Both the position numbers and the translations under genes were made by a program. A stretch of 63,622 bases of DNA, counting the filler, from Octopus bimaculoides (Eukaryota): the NCBI RefSeq assembly GCF_001194135.2. It is 6 parts of 6 records of this genome, joined end to end, with 100 filler letters (N's around TTAATTAATTAA, not from the genome) between each part and the next. Parts side by side here need not be neighbours in the genome. Positions count along the whole stretch, not along the records: positions 1 to 27,077 come from NC_068987.1; 5 more parts are not named here. One strand, 5' to 3'. Below, one piece after another: positions 13,310 through 25,243 of this stretch (positions within the stretch are counted from its first letter, which is position 1; every line of letters starts with the position of its first letter). The notes under the pieces were generated by a model. The model made no database searches. It was not told the origin of the DNA and was given only the letters and a program-made list of their open reading frames with translations.

Positions 13310-15274
13310 TGTATATATATATATTCCTTAAGCCTGCAATCATCGGCTACACCCCATAATAACTACTATATCACACTATGGCAATTTTAATCAGCTATGA
13401 AGTACTACTCTCATATCTGGGGTAATTTAACATTTTTCATAACATATAATTATTTGCCATTATTGCCAGCATGATAATTTGTCAGATATAGGAGTGGGAA
13501 GTGAGCTGAAAAACCACATAAAAATAAAAATTCAAATTTAACAAGGCAATTTTAATTTCTACCTTCAAAAATATATTTCTGAAAATTTCTCTAAAACATA
13601 TTCATTTTAAAGAAAGTTATGAAGAAGCAAATTCAGGGGAGGAGAGGCACATTGCTGTAATTATATCACTATAGTTATATCCAATAGCAATACTGACCTC
13701 CTTTTTGGCCTCAACTTCCACAGTATCCTGCTCAATTTTCACCATAAGTTTCTCGGTATCTTCAGATGTCTTTATTAGTTCTGGTTGCAACTCAGTCAGT
13801 TCCTGCTGCATTATAGACACTTGTGAGGCAGCAAATTGAAGCTGCTCCAAACCAGTTAGATAACGGTTCTTCATTGTTAGGATCTCGGTTCGTTTTGATG
13901 TCAAAAGATTTTTGAAGGTCATGATTAACTCCAAGTACGATGTTGGGGTGACATAATTGTGTCGTCGTAAGATGTCATAATAGCTTTGGACAGAAGTAAA
14001 AAAAAAAAAGACAGGTTGAGGTTTAATCCACTTAATCAAAAATGGTGAGAGCTGGCACTTGGTTATGTCCCATAACATTCTGAGTTCAAATTCAACATTG
14101 GATGACTTTAACATTTACCTTTTGAGGCTGATAAAATAAGAGCTAGCTAACTACAGGGGTGTATGTAACTGACTATACTACTGAAAGTGCTGGCCCTTTA
14201 GTTTGCCCCATTTAGTAGGGCTATAGTAGAAGACACTTGCTCAAGGTGCCATGCAGTGGGACAGAACCTGAAACCATGTGGTTACAAAGCAAACTTCTTA
14301 ACCACTCACTTCCTTTGACATGGCTGAACAATCAAGCCCAACTAGTCAGGATTCACAGGATGAGTTGTACTATTCATTCTGAATATAAAACGTAGCTCAC
14401 AAGACTTCCATCCAGGTGATTTTCTTGAGCCACCATCTTGCCTTCATACGTCAATCCATTACAAGGTTACCCAGTTACAGCTGACTGGACCGGAGCAATA
14501 TGAAATGAAGTGTTTTGCTCAATGACACAATGCATAACTGGTCTGGGAATGAAAACTTTGATCTCACGCTTGTGAGTGCAACACCCTAACCACTGAGCCA
14601 CATGACTTTTTTAACCACATTGCCATGCTCACATGTAAATATGGTTTATTAATCAAAGAGTGAACAGTAAATTTGATTTATATTTTTAAAACAAAGTGAA
14701 AGAAATATAATGATTGCTTTTATGTCTTTCATTAATAATAATAATGATAATAATCCTCTTTACTATAGACATAAGGCCTGAAATTTTGGTGGAGAGGGAG
14801 CCAGTTGATTACAACGACCCAGTGCATAACTGGTACTTTTTTTATCGACTCTGAGAGGATGAAAGGCAAAGTTGACCTCGGTGGAATCTGAACTCAGAAT
14901 GTAAAGATGGGCAAAATACCATTAAGCATTTTGCCTGGTGCAATAACAATTCTACCAGCTCGTCACTTTATTATTAATAATAATGAAGATGATAATGATG
15001 ATGATGATGATGATGATGATAATAATCATAATAATAATAATGGTTTCAAATTCTGGTACAAGGTCAGCAAGTTCGGGGGAGGGGGTAAGTTGATTATATC
15101 AACCCAAGTACACAGCTGGTACTTATTTTATCAATCCCGAAAGGATGAAAGGTAAAGTCGGCTACAGCAGAATTTGAATTCAGAATTTGAATTCAGAACT
15201 TCAAGACAGACAAAATACTGCTAAGCCCAGTGTGCTAATGATTCTGTCAGCTCACCACCTTAATACTACTAATA

Positions 15275-15306
<32 letters not shown>

Positions 15307-15317
15307 GGTGGTGGTGG

Positions 15318-15367
<50 letters not shown>

Positions 15368-18300
15368 TTATTGTATACAGTGCTCAGGTGCACTTCAGCT
15401 CATCAGAAAAAATAGCCAAAACTGCATGAACGGTACATAAAATATGCACAGGAAGTGAACAGTGAATAAGTCTTTAAAAAAATGATTGCTTTTATAAACA
15501 AAAATAGTAGAAAGACCATCATATTGAAGTTTTGTTAACCTTTTAGCATTCAGATTACTTTGTCAAATGTAATGCCTTTTTATTCACACTGTTTTGAATC
15601 AATCATGCATTATCTCATAGCGTCAAGATTTTGATGATGTGATTGTCTATTTTTAGAATGACATTGTAAGATAGGTGTGAGAGGTTAAATCTGTCTGGTC
15701 TGAACATAAAACATGCAGAATACTTGGGCCAGTTTAAATGCTAAAGGGGTAAGGTTTAATATGATATAATGATGAAGGAAATTATTGTATACAGTGCTCA
15801 GGTGCACAACTGAAAATGAAAAAAAAAAAAAGGCCATCAGGTGCACTGATGGCAGATTTCAGGAAGCACAAAAGTTTTAAGGGATGTAGTATCTCAACAG
15901 CTAACAACTGATGCGGGTAGTTTATTCCATCCTTCAGCAATTCTGAGCGTGAAAAAATGTCTCCGAAAGTCATGGGAGCTGTGTTGTGTTTTTGATTTTA
16001 TGAGCATGTCTGTGAGTGTTTGTCATAAGGATTTCAAAAAGGTACCCAAGGTTGTTGTTGGGAAGATGGTGGATAATCTTGTGGGTGTCTGCCAAGTGGC
16101 TTAATATCACCACATTCTACTTAGCCGAAAAATGTCAACATGTATTCTCACGATAAATTTTAGGTTTACTATTTTGATAAGAAGGGAGGGGAAGGAGAAA
16201 GGAAGGGAAGGAGAAAGGAAGGGAAGGAGAAAGGAAGGGAAGGAGAAAGGAAGGGAAGGAGAAAGGAAGGGAGGGAGAAAAAAGAAAATAAAGAAAAAAG
16301 AAAGATGAAAAGGAAGAAGGATTTTTATTTAATAAGGTAATAAAACAGCAATATGGTCCCATGTTCAGTCTCACTGTGTAGAAACTTGAGCCACCATCTC
16401 GCCTTCATATGCCAATCCATAGCAAGGTTACCCAGTTGCAGCTGACTGGAGTGGAGCAACATGAAATGAAGTGTTTTGCTCAACGACACAATGCATAACT
16501 GGTCTGGGAATCAAAACTATGATCTCACACTCATTCTACTATAGCCTTGGGCCAAACAAAACCCTGTGAGTAGCTTTGGTAGACAGAAACTCAAAGAAGC
16601 CCGATGTGTGTGTGTGTGGTGTTGGTGTGTTTATATCCTCGTAACTTAGTGGTTCAGCAAAAACAGACCATTAGAAAAAGTTCTAAACTTTAAAAAAAAT
16701 AAGCCCTGGGGTCAAATCTTTAAGGTGGTGCCCCCAGCATGGCCACAGTCTAATGACTGAACTAAGAAAAAGATAAAAAATACATATTCAAGAATGATAG
16801 TGATGCTAGATGTTTGAGCTCAAAGTGGGGTCATGCATCATATAGTTTCATGAGTGGGAATGATATAAGATGTCTGTGTACTCAGCTTCTCAAGGTTTAT
16901 ATTCTATTACCTGAGATCAATTTCAATTACAACTTATAGCAGATTTTATCAAAAGTGGTTTATGGCTAAGTGCAAAAAGTTGTTAACCAATCAATGGTTC
17001 ATGACATCATCTACTGAATCCTTATGTGAAAACAACTATACTGAAGAGATAGAATAGCTCTAGGCTTCAATAAGACTGTAGCTTCTGTGTATATTTTATA
17101 AAGCAGCTATTGTTGCATGCAATGCAAGAACATGCAAACCATAAGCAAACAATGTAAAAGAAAAAGAGACATGGAAAACTACTACTAGCACTCCACAGGT
17201 TATGATGAAGGTTCCAGTTGGTCCAATCAATAGAACAGCCTGCTCATGAAATTAATGTGCAAGTGGCTGAGCACTCCACAGACATACATACCTTTAATGT
17301 AGTTCTCAGGGAGATTCAGTATGACACAGAATATGACAAGGCTAGCCTTTTGAGTTACAGGTACAACTCATTTCTGCTGGCTGAGTGGAATGGAGCCATG
17401 TGAAATAAAGTGTCTTGCTCAAGGATGCAACACGCCACCAAGAATCAAACCTATGACCTTACGATTGTAAGCTGATCACCCTGACCACTAAGCCACACAA
17501 CTTCATTAACATGGAAATCACTACAACTTTAATTAGCTGCTTTCAGCAATGATTAAATGAGGCTACAAGTTTATCCTTAGTGAACCACTAAAACGGTGAA
17601 TCAAAAAAGCTTACTAGAAGAAGCACACCAAAAGCCCATCAGTTTCCAAGATAAAGTAGAAGGGTATAGGATGAGAATGGAAAAAGTTGTTACTCACTTC
17701 TCAGACATTAAACGAACTGATTCATGGAAATGTTTGCACATCACAACACATTCATGCTTGGTAGATTCATCCATTTCAGTTTCCTCCAGAAATTTGTTGG
17801 CAACCATCTCCAGAGCATCTGAAGGCCAAGCCTAAAAAGATAAGTTCATTATATATAGAACTGTTGGTGGCAAAACTGTTAGCATGTCAGACAAAATACT
17901 TAATGGCATTTCATCTGTTTTTACTTTTGGAATTCAAATTTTGTCAAAGTTGACTTCACCTATTATCCTTTCACAGTTGATAAAATAAGTACCAGTTGAG
18001 CACTACATCATACAGCAGATTATAATAGTGTACGTGTTTACCTATGTATGCCCTGGACATGTACACCCTGGACATGTACACCCTGAACATGTATGCTCTG
18101 GACATAGGATGAAACATGGGCCCATCACAATGATCTTGAGACTAAAGTCCAGTTGAAGCAATGGAAGCATGATAACTCACCACCTCCAAAGAAGGCTCAT
18201 GTCCAACCCTCAACAAGCAAGGTGATGCTCACAGTCTTTTGGGACTAGCATGTAGTAATGATGATGGATTTTCTGGCAAAGAGCACCACAAATATTATGT

Positions 18301-21300
18301 TTCTTTGTGGCAGAAATTGTGGGACACCATCAAAGCAGAGAGAGGTGGTATGCTGACCAAAGGAGTCTGCCTCCTCCAAGGCAACGCCCCAGTTCACAAT
18401 GCATGTGTTGCCCAGATGAAAGCACACTCCTGCAGCTATGAAATCCTTCCTCATCCCCCTTACTCTCCCAACCTCGGACCATCTGACTTCCACCTCTTTT
18501 CAACCATGAAGTCTTTTTTGAAGGGGAAGCACTTTTCGGATGATGATGAACTTATTTCCGAGGTAAAGTCTTGGCTCCAGACGCAACCTACTGACTTCTA
18601 CAGGTGAGGTTTTCACAGCTGCATAAAGTGATAGGATAAGTGTCTCACCATTGGTAGTGGTTATGTAGAGAAAGACTGAATAATTATGCCACATTTTGTT
18701 TATCCCAGTCCTTGGGAAGTGGGTCAGGGGAAATCTTTAATGAACACCCCTCATGTGAGTATATATATATATATATATAAGGTGGGTATATAAGGATAAA
18801 TTCTCTAAGCGAGTACTGTAATAGCTCTCTGGTACATTTCAGGTTTCAACTAACCACATCAAGTAGAAATAAATATAAATAATCACGTAGTATGAGCAAT
18901 CCCGCTGTAATTCTTTTAATGGGTAACTCCATGTTTACTTCTCTGGATTATGAATATTATCAGAAGTGTAAATTTCAAACAATTACAAAGAATATGGAGA
19001 CTGGTAAATCTCAAAAGCAGTATAGCTGTGAAAATAGCAGAGAAAGATTGGGTCTTGTCTGTAAAATGCCAACTCATTCAGTGCCTTCAAAATTTGTTTA
19101 TAAAATGTTCTTACATTTGTAAAGCTATTATTTAGCATTAAACTTGATGGTAATTGTTGGTTAGAGCATGCAGCCAGTGTCTGATGGGTACGGGGTTTCA
19201 CTCCCTGTAACTGCCTACTGGCAACATTTTTCCATCTTCTAAGACTAAATACCCAATCTTTCTCTGATGTTTTCACAGCTATATTGCATTTGAAATTTAC
19301 TTTCTAGTCTGTAAAATAAATAGATATGTATGTATGTTTGTGTGTGTACAAGATGTCTGAGCAAAATTTGAGAGTTTGCATAAAAGGAAAAGAAAACACA
19401 ATATCCCATCCAAAAATAGAAGTATTTTTTTTTAAAAATCAAAAAATTCCAACTAGACTATGGCTGATATATAACAATTTACCCAATGTAGCCACCCTCA
19501 TCTTATACTACAGCCTCAAGCTGGCTTCAGAACTTGCATATACAACCCTCACTGTGTCCTTGGGATGTTCGTTGAGCACTGCCTTGATTTTGATCACCAA
19601 CTTGGTCTTGGTGTTGCAGGCAAAGCAGTTGGTGTCTTTCTAAACTATACTCCACACAGTAATTCATGAGGTTACAATCGAGGGAATTAGTAGGCCAGAA
19701 ACTGGGGATGGTGGCGAGCTGGCAGAATCGTCAGTATGCCGGGCGAAATGCTTAGTGGTATTTCGTCTGCCGCTACGTTCTGAGTTCAAATTCCGGCGAG
19801 GTCGACTTTGCCTTTTATCCTTTCGGGGTTGGTTAGATAAGTACCAGTTACGCACTGTGGTCGATAGAATCGACTTAATCCGTTTGTCTGTCCTTGTTTG
19901 TCTCCTCTGTGTGTAGCCCCTTGTGGGCAGTAAAGAAATAAGAAACTGGGGATGGTGAAGTCATAGAAAGTCTTTGACAACCACTTCTGACTTTTTCTGG
20001 AGGTATGGCAAGGAGTTGAATCCTTCCAGCAGCAGCCCTTTCAAGCCACAGTCTGACTACAGTCTTTAAAAGCTTCATGTTGATGTCTGAATTGAGCCTA
20101 AGATATTGAATAATATGATGTCACCCTCACAGGAAACACACCCAAAGACCATCACAGTTTGGGGGAATTTATTTTCATATGTGGGGCATCACATAGATTG
20201 TAGGCAAACCACTAGTTGTTCTGGAGGTTATGCAACTGATCCTGGCAGAAGTTCTTTTCATCTGAGAAGAACTAGATTGTCACCAGCTCAACAGGATACC
20301 CCATTTTGTTTAGGAGCTTCTTTACCTTCATCAAGCGGTTCTCCATTGCCTTGGCTGTCAGAATTTATCCCTTGTATCTCTTGTACAAATGGGAGCAAAG
20401 GGCCTCATTCAGGGCTTCCTTAATGATGGAGACGCCAACAACCATCTATCTCACCAAACCTCAGATTCTCTTGCTTGGATCTTCCATCATCTTGTTCTGT
20501 AGTTAATGGATGAATTCTGACAGTCAATGAATAAATGCCTGCTGTGTCCCTTTTTGCTGCCCATGGCTTTGTAGTCTCCATTGCAGCTGTCCCTGTCACA
20601 TCTTACAGCCTATACAGAGCATTGAGCAGCAGCTGTGATATCGGCATTTTAATATTAGGCACAAATCACCATGATACAGGTAATTCTTTTTTGATATTCT
20701 GATGGATTCCAGTCCTCCATGTCAGCTAACCTTTTCTTAACTACAACTTTATGCTCACTAATGCCATTAACTTTACACCAATACATTAAGCTGTTCCTGA
20801 AAAAAGATGTAAAAAGATCATCAAATTTATCTTGAACACTCTCTCTCTCTCTGTATTTTTATGTATGTATACACACTAGACACACACACACACAGAGGTA
20901 CAGCCTGCATGGTCTAGTAGTTAAGAAGTCCATTTTGCAATCACAAGATCCAAGGTTCAATTTCATTGTGCAGCATCTTGAGCAAGTGTCTTTTACCACT
21001 GTCTTGGGTCAACCTCAGCATTGTGAATGAAACAGGGTCAACAGGGAACTATGTAGATGTTTGTCAGATGGATTGCTGCTGTAATTCAAAGGTCTAGCCT
21101 AGTCACACACTGTGCCACACTAACTCTATTCGAGAATTACATTAAATAGTACACCAAGGTGGCGAGCTGGGCAAAATGCTTAGTGGTATTTTATCTGTCA
21201 TCATGTTCTGAGTTCAAATGCTGCCAGGGTTGACTTTGCTTTCCATCCTTTCAGGGCCGATAAATTAAGTACCAGTTACACACTGGAGTCAATGTAATTG

Positions 21301-23710
21301 ACTGGTCCCTAACCCTAACCCAAAATGTCAGGTCTTGTGCCTATAGTAGAAAGGATTAAATAGTACACCTGTCTGTAGAATACTCAGCCTCTTTATAAAT
21401 TATTTCAATAAATTGATTGAATGGATGGATGGAGAGATGGATAGCATCAAAGGATGCTCAGAAGAATGTATATTTTCCTATGTCTGTATGTGCACATATA
21501 CATAGCTGTATACTGGAAAGAGCATTAGTGAACTATATATGTTTGTGTATATGTCTGTCTGTTTCTCTCTCTCGCTGTCCATCTGTCACTCTCTCTCTCC
21601 CTCTCTTCCTCTCTCTCTCACTCTCTTCCTCTCTCTCTCTCCCTCTCTTCCTCCCCCAAAATTTGTGTGTGTGTGTGCTATAGACAGCATTTACATCAGT
21701 GTTCTCTGTCACATGTGAACATGTTTCTTTGCGTGTAGATATGTGGATGCTTATGAGAGAGCATGTCTGTGAGTGGATGTCTGTATGCTTGCATGTGTAT
21801 ATGCATGCGTATCATAGACAGAGTCCCCGGCATTAGTTTAACATGAAAACGAATTGCAACTCACCTTGAACCAATCAATGGTACAACAGTTTATCAATGA
21901 TGGAAACATACGAAGACGATTGCGAAAAGCATCTCCGATGGGACTAAGAGTGAGGGCTACATGAAGGTTTATCTTCACTCGGTCAACAAAGAAATTATAC
22001 AAGGCCAATGGTGACGCATCTATCTTTCTCCCCTGTAAATGACAGCAAAAACAATAAAAATGATATTTCATTTTATCCTCATAGAGAAGAAGGTCTGAAC
22101 AAGACTCTCTAGATCGCTCACCTCTGATTTCAAACTGGACAAATGGAAAACTTTAACATTTATTGGCATTTCATCTTGAAGCGTGAACAATCTGATTTAA
22201 AACTTAGGCAAGCAGAACCTTATTAACATTTTCAAGTAGAATGTGCTGGGAAAGGAAACTCTAACAAATATTCTTAATAGTTGCCAAAGCTTCTCTGAAG
22301 TATCTCTTGGTCCAAACAACAAAAAACGTTTCGATTTCCTGTTATGATTTTTGGTTTCATCATTAGAATTTAGATGGGCTGAAAAGTGAGCTACCAATGA
22401 GGGATTCAGTTTATAAATAACAGATTTCTATAAAATGTACAACCCACAAATTTTTAAGGATAAAATCGATAATACTTGTACTTATTTTATTAATCCCTAG
22501 AAAGGTGAAAAGCAGAAAAATCGATGTCAGGAGAACCATGAATTCCCTAATATGGTGGATATCTATTAAAGACTAATTTCCTCTGGGAGTGAAAAAGTAT
22601 TCACAGAATATAAATAACAAAGTCTGAATTCAGTTCTATGTGCACAGATGATAATCAGGTAAGAAGGTATTTAAGGAAAGGACAGTTAGTACCAAGTGAT
22701 GACAGTTAATTACTATTTATACTCACCTCCTGACATACAGAAATGAAATTCAAGGTATAAACTATTATGTATAACTATTATGCTATGGAAACAAAAGTGA
22801 TCTTTCAAAGATATGCAGGCTGTAGTGATGAGTTTGTTTTAAAATGGTAAATATTGTTGATTCTAATAAGGTGGAAATGATAAATATAACAACAAAGTAA
22901 ACTTAATTATTATTAGTTACAGCAAAACATGAATACTATGCTAGTGTCAAAATACAATAGCATTTATATCATAACATACTACAAACTTAACACCATAAGC
23001 ACAGTGAATATCTCAACTGAAAAACTATCATTACAAGCTTCAAGATAGCAAAGCAGAATGAGCACCAGCCAGCCCAAATGTTGGAGTGGGCTGCACCTGC
23101 CTACCTTGGTTGCTATGGCATTGAGGTAGATCTGGCCACCCCTGTAAACGGAAACAAAACCCGGATTTAAAACACTGGATGATGATGATGGTGACAAGTA
23201 ACATCTCACCATGTGAGCCAATGAGGGAAGCCTATTTGTAGTCACTAACCTTCTAGAAATAACAGCCATCTCCCCTCAAATACCACCTACAAACTTAACA
23301 ATGAAGGGACACATTAGACGATGTAGTCCCTGATACATAAAATGACAGGAGAGTCCATAATGGAATGTCTTGAATCAAGGGGTCATCTTGAAGTGGACCA
23401 ACTTAAAGCAAAATAACACCACACCATCAACATCCTTACTGCAAGTAAAAGCACAACTACCACCATGACTCACACCACTACAATCAACACTAGTACCACC
23501 AGTACTACAACAAAAATGACTCACCTCTTGACGTGCAGCACTCTGCATCTTCTCAATGATCTCAGCTTTCTCATCAGAAGCAAAGAGATTGGGAACAGCT
23601 CCAGTGTTAAGAATCATACTGATGTCTTCCATAAAACATTCATCTTTGATTTGGTTGTCAGAGAAGAGAAACACATGAGGCTTGGCATTGCACCCTGTAC
23701 GTAATAACAG
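2088..23710 (-). CDS. DNAH3: Axonemal (inner-arm type) dynein heavy chain, partial: 11 exons, 773 codons, from end of AAA4 through stalk/MTBD to AAA5
   Basis: Manually spliced exons read in one frame with no stops. Motifs: [101 protein letters not shown] and AAKEKPxLEEKKNxLIV resemble DNAH3 more than DNAH7/12 as I remember them; paralog assignment needs a phylogeny. Confidence 0.93.
2356..2786 (+). mobile_element. tRNA-derived SINE, family S1 (CORE-like accttgggcaagt segment)
   Basis: Box A/B-like tggctgtgtgg and ggttcaggccc head, internal (AT)n, tail gactgaaacaa. Many copies across the window. Confidence 0.8.
2803..2895 (+). mobile_element. Possible mariner terminal fragment
   Basis: TA followed by catggtctgatcaataagtatccggac, which resembles mariner TIRs. 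No partner end found. Confidence 0.35.
2895..3240 (-). mobile_element. RTE LINE 3' end (antisense copy)
   Basis: Minus-strand RGRRRKTWD*VVRKDLRTLGL followed by the shared RTE 3' UTR. Confidence 0.7.
3313..3620 (-). CDS. DNAH3: Dynein exon J ([12 protein letters not shown]...PHYLPEISVK), 308 nt, AAA5
   Basis: Acceptor actttcag, donor GTAATT, phase 1/0. Confidence 0.95.
4815..5016 (-). CDS. DNAH3: Dynein exon I (TIIKEWVELC...[10 protein letters not shown]), 202 nt
   Basis: Acceptor ttttattttgcag, donor GTATGT, phase 0/1. Confidence 0.95.
5920..6180 (-). CDS. DNAH3: Dynein exon H (VADKLQALNDKF...AFTVDYRQ), 261 nt
   Basis: Acceptor ccatag, donor GTGAGT. Contains LIGGLGGEKDRW and GDVLLASGVVAYLGAF. 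Confidence 0.95.
7760..7990 (-). mobile_element. RLE-type non-LTR C-terminal relic
   Basis: NIYGELMQNLQLLYPDYEFSFLPFMISALRYVPTD and SISGIVKICETF resemble the end of RLE endonuclease ORFs. Confidence 0.55.
8317..8524 (-). CDS. DNAH3: Dynein exon G (YIPNPEFDPNVVK...RAQLKE), 208 nt
   Basis: Acceptor ctcctag, donor GTAAAT. Contains ASTACEGLCRWVRAM and VAPKK. Confidence 0.95.
10506..10718. mobile_element. Mariner-derived MITE, about 213 bp
   Basis: 31-bp inverted ends tatgagtgggtgctgaaaagttcctggcttt / aaagtcaggaatttttcagcacccactcata with 2 mismatches; TA at both ends. Confidence 0.85.
10982..11193 (-). CDS. DNAH3: Dynein exon F (NPPTVVKLVMESVC...IMSRIRK), 212 nt, microtubule-binding domain
   Basis: Acceptor cttccag. 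Weak donor GTTGGT is the one that gives phase 2, matching exon G. Confidence 0.9.
11898..12065 (-). CDS. DNAH3: Dynein exon E (VVAADEAIANE...ITLLKTMT), 168 nt
   Basis: Acceptor tgttacag, donor GTGAGA. Contains ECESDLAEAIPAL, the CC1-MTBD junction. Confidence 0.95.
12320..12612 (+). mobile_element. RTE 3' UTR copy with (GAT)n tail
   Basis: Near-identical to 60-357 except for several CpG to TpG/CpA changes. Confidence 0.8.
13698..13983 (-). CDS. DNAH3: Dynein exon D ([19 protein letters not shown]...VEVEAKKE), 286 nt, start of stalk coil 1
   Basis: Acceptor ttctgtccaaag, donor GTCAGT, phase 2/0. Confidence 0.95.
16189..16271 (+). repeat. 16-bp polypurine minisatellite (gggaaggagaaaggaa), about 5 copies
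   Basis: Read directly from the sequence. Confidence 0.9.
17195..17500 (-). mobile_element. SINE family S3, CpG-decayed copy
   Basis: Colinear with 27537-27905. Confidence 0.8.
17698..17831 (-). CDS. DNAH3: Dynein exon C (AWPSDALEMVANKFLEE...HFHESVRLMSE), 134 nt; absent from the ORF track
   Basis: Acceptor tttttag, donor GTGAGT. Ends in phase 2 (AA), completed to AAC by exon D. Confidence 0.93.
18105..18755 (+). mobile_element. Mariner transposase relic (catalytic domain and 3' end)
   Basis: DETWAHH, KVMLTVFWD*, LLQGNAPVH, HPPYSPNLGPSDFHLF, ending GSGYVEKD*. Several stops. Confidence 0.9.
19470..20680 (-). mobile_element. Tc1/mariner (maT/DD37D-like) transposase relic interrupted by a SINE
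   Basis: FFSDEKNF, FPQTVMVFGCVSCEG, and a WP-NS-DCN-like motif after the SINE; frameshifted. Confidence 0.75.
19714..19940 (+). mobile_element. SINE family S2, young insertion with 17-bp target-site duplication
   Basis: agaaactggggatggtg at 19697-19713 and 19941-19957. Confidence 0.9.
21865..22032 (-). CDS. DNAH3: Dynein exon B (GRKIDASPLALYNFF...CCTIDWFK), 168 nt
   Basis: Acceptor tttacag, donor GTGAGT, phase 0/0. Confidence 0.95.
23525..23710 (-). CDS. DNAH3: Dynein exon A (LLLRTGCNAKPHVFLFSDNQ...MQSAARQE), 186 nt, phase 0/0
   Basis: Acceptor ctattacag, donor GTGAGT. A second AG at 23696-23695 is possible, so the start is slightly uncertain. Confidence 0.88.
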
Positions 23711-23981
23711 CTGTAATAGTGGAAATTACAGTCAACATGATAAACAACAAAATGTAATTCAAGTAGCAAACAGTTGATAAAATTCCACATGAGAGCACCT
23801 ACATACATACATACATATATATATATAAATTTAAGTCACAATATATGGATTCAACTTATTCAGTGGTACTCATAAAAAAAAAAGCTCCTTAATGTATTGT
23901 TCTACAAAACATATCGAATATATAGTACAAGAGTAAAAAGAAAACACTCCTTATGTTTTCCTTTTGTATTGTTATTTATAA

Positions 23982-24025
<44 letters not shown>

Positions 24026-24558
24026 NNNNNNNNNNNNNNNNNNNNNNNNNNNNNNNNNNNNNNNNNNNNNNNNNNNNNNNNNNNNNNNNNNNNNNNNNNN
24101 NNNNNNNNNNNNNNNNNNNNNNNNNNNNNNNNNNNNNNNNNNNNNNNNNNNNNNNNNNNNNNNNNNNNNNNNNNNNNNNNNNNNNNNNNNNNNNNNNNNN
24201 NNNNNNNNNNNNNNNNNNNNNNNNNNNNNNNNNNNNNNNNNNNNNNNNNNNNNNNNNNNNNNNNNNNNNNNNNNNNNNNNNNNNNNNNNNNNNNNNNNNN
24301 NNNNNNNNNNNNNNNNNNNNNNNNNNNNNNNNNNNNNNNNNNNNNNNNNNNNNNNNNNNNNNNNNNNNNNNNNNNNNNNNNNNNNNNNNNNNNNNNNNNN
24401 NNNNNNNNNNNNNNNNNNNNNNNNNNNNNNNNNNNNNNNNNNNNNNNNNNNNNNNNNNNNNNNNNNNNNNNNNNNNNNNNNNNATGTATGTATGTATGTA
24501 TGTATATATATATATATATGCCAGAAGTGTAGCCAGCTCACTAATTCGTATCTTTACT

Positions 24559-25230
24559 TCATTGGACACTAAAAACCCTGCTTGCGAAGACCTGTTGAGG
24601 CAAGTGAATTTGGAATTTGGAATTTGGAATTTGAAATCTGAAATCGAAATCAAACCGAATCCGACAACTGGCACCCATATCAACCTCTCCTTCATTGGAC
24701 ACTAAACTCTGCTTGCGAAGACCTGTTGGGGCAAGTGAAATCGTAATTAAACCATACTCGATGACTGGCACCTGTGCCAGTGGAGCACTAACAGCACTTT
24801 CGAGCGTGTTCATTGCCAGAGCAGCTGTCTGGCTTCCGTGCTAGTGGCCCGTAAATAGCACCATTTGAGCGTAATCGTTACCAGCGTTGCCTTCTAGCAC
24901 TTGTGCTGGTGGCATGTTAGAAAATCATTTGAGTGAGGTCATTGCCAGTGCTGCTGGACTAGCTCACGTGCAGGTGGCACGTAAAAAGCACCTTTTTGAG
25001 CATGGCCATTGCCAGTACCGTGTGACTGGCCCTCGTGTCAGTGGCACGTAAAAGCACCCACTACACTCTCGGAGTGGGTGGTGTTAGGAAGGGCATCCAG
25101 CTGTAGAGACTCTACCAGAACAGATTGGAGCTTGGTGCAGCCTTCTGGCTTGCCAGTCCTCAGTCAAATCGTCCAACCCATGCTAGCATGGAAAGCGGAC
25201 GTTAAACGATGATGATGATGATGATGATGA
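24559..25230 (+). mobile_element. Composite repeat: duplicated ggacactaaa-ctgcttgcgaagacctgttg unit plus RTE 3' UTR with internal tandem subunits
   Basis: Unit at about 24559 and 24691; repeated gccagt...ggcacgtaaaa subunits; (GAT)n tail. Confidence 0.65.
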
Positions 25231-25243
25231 TATATATATATAT

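Noticed and set aside
18043-18105. Four 15-bp direct repeats (ccctggacatgtaca) as a CRISPR-like array
   Set aside because: Contiguous tandem units without spacers, in eukaryotic DNA; a minisatellite.
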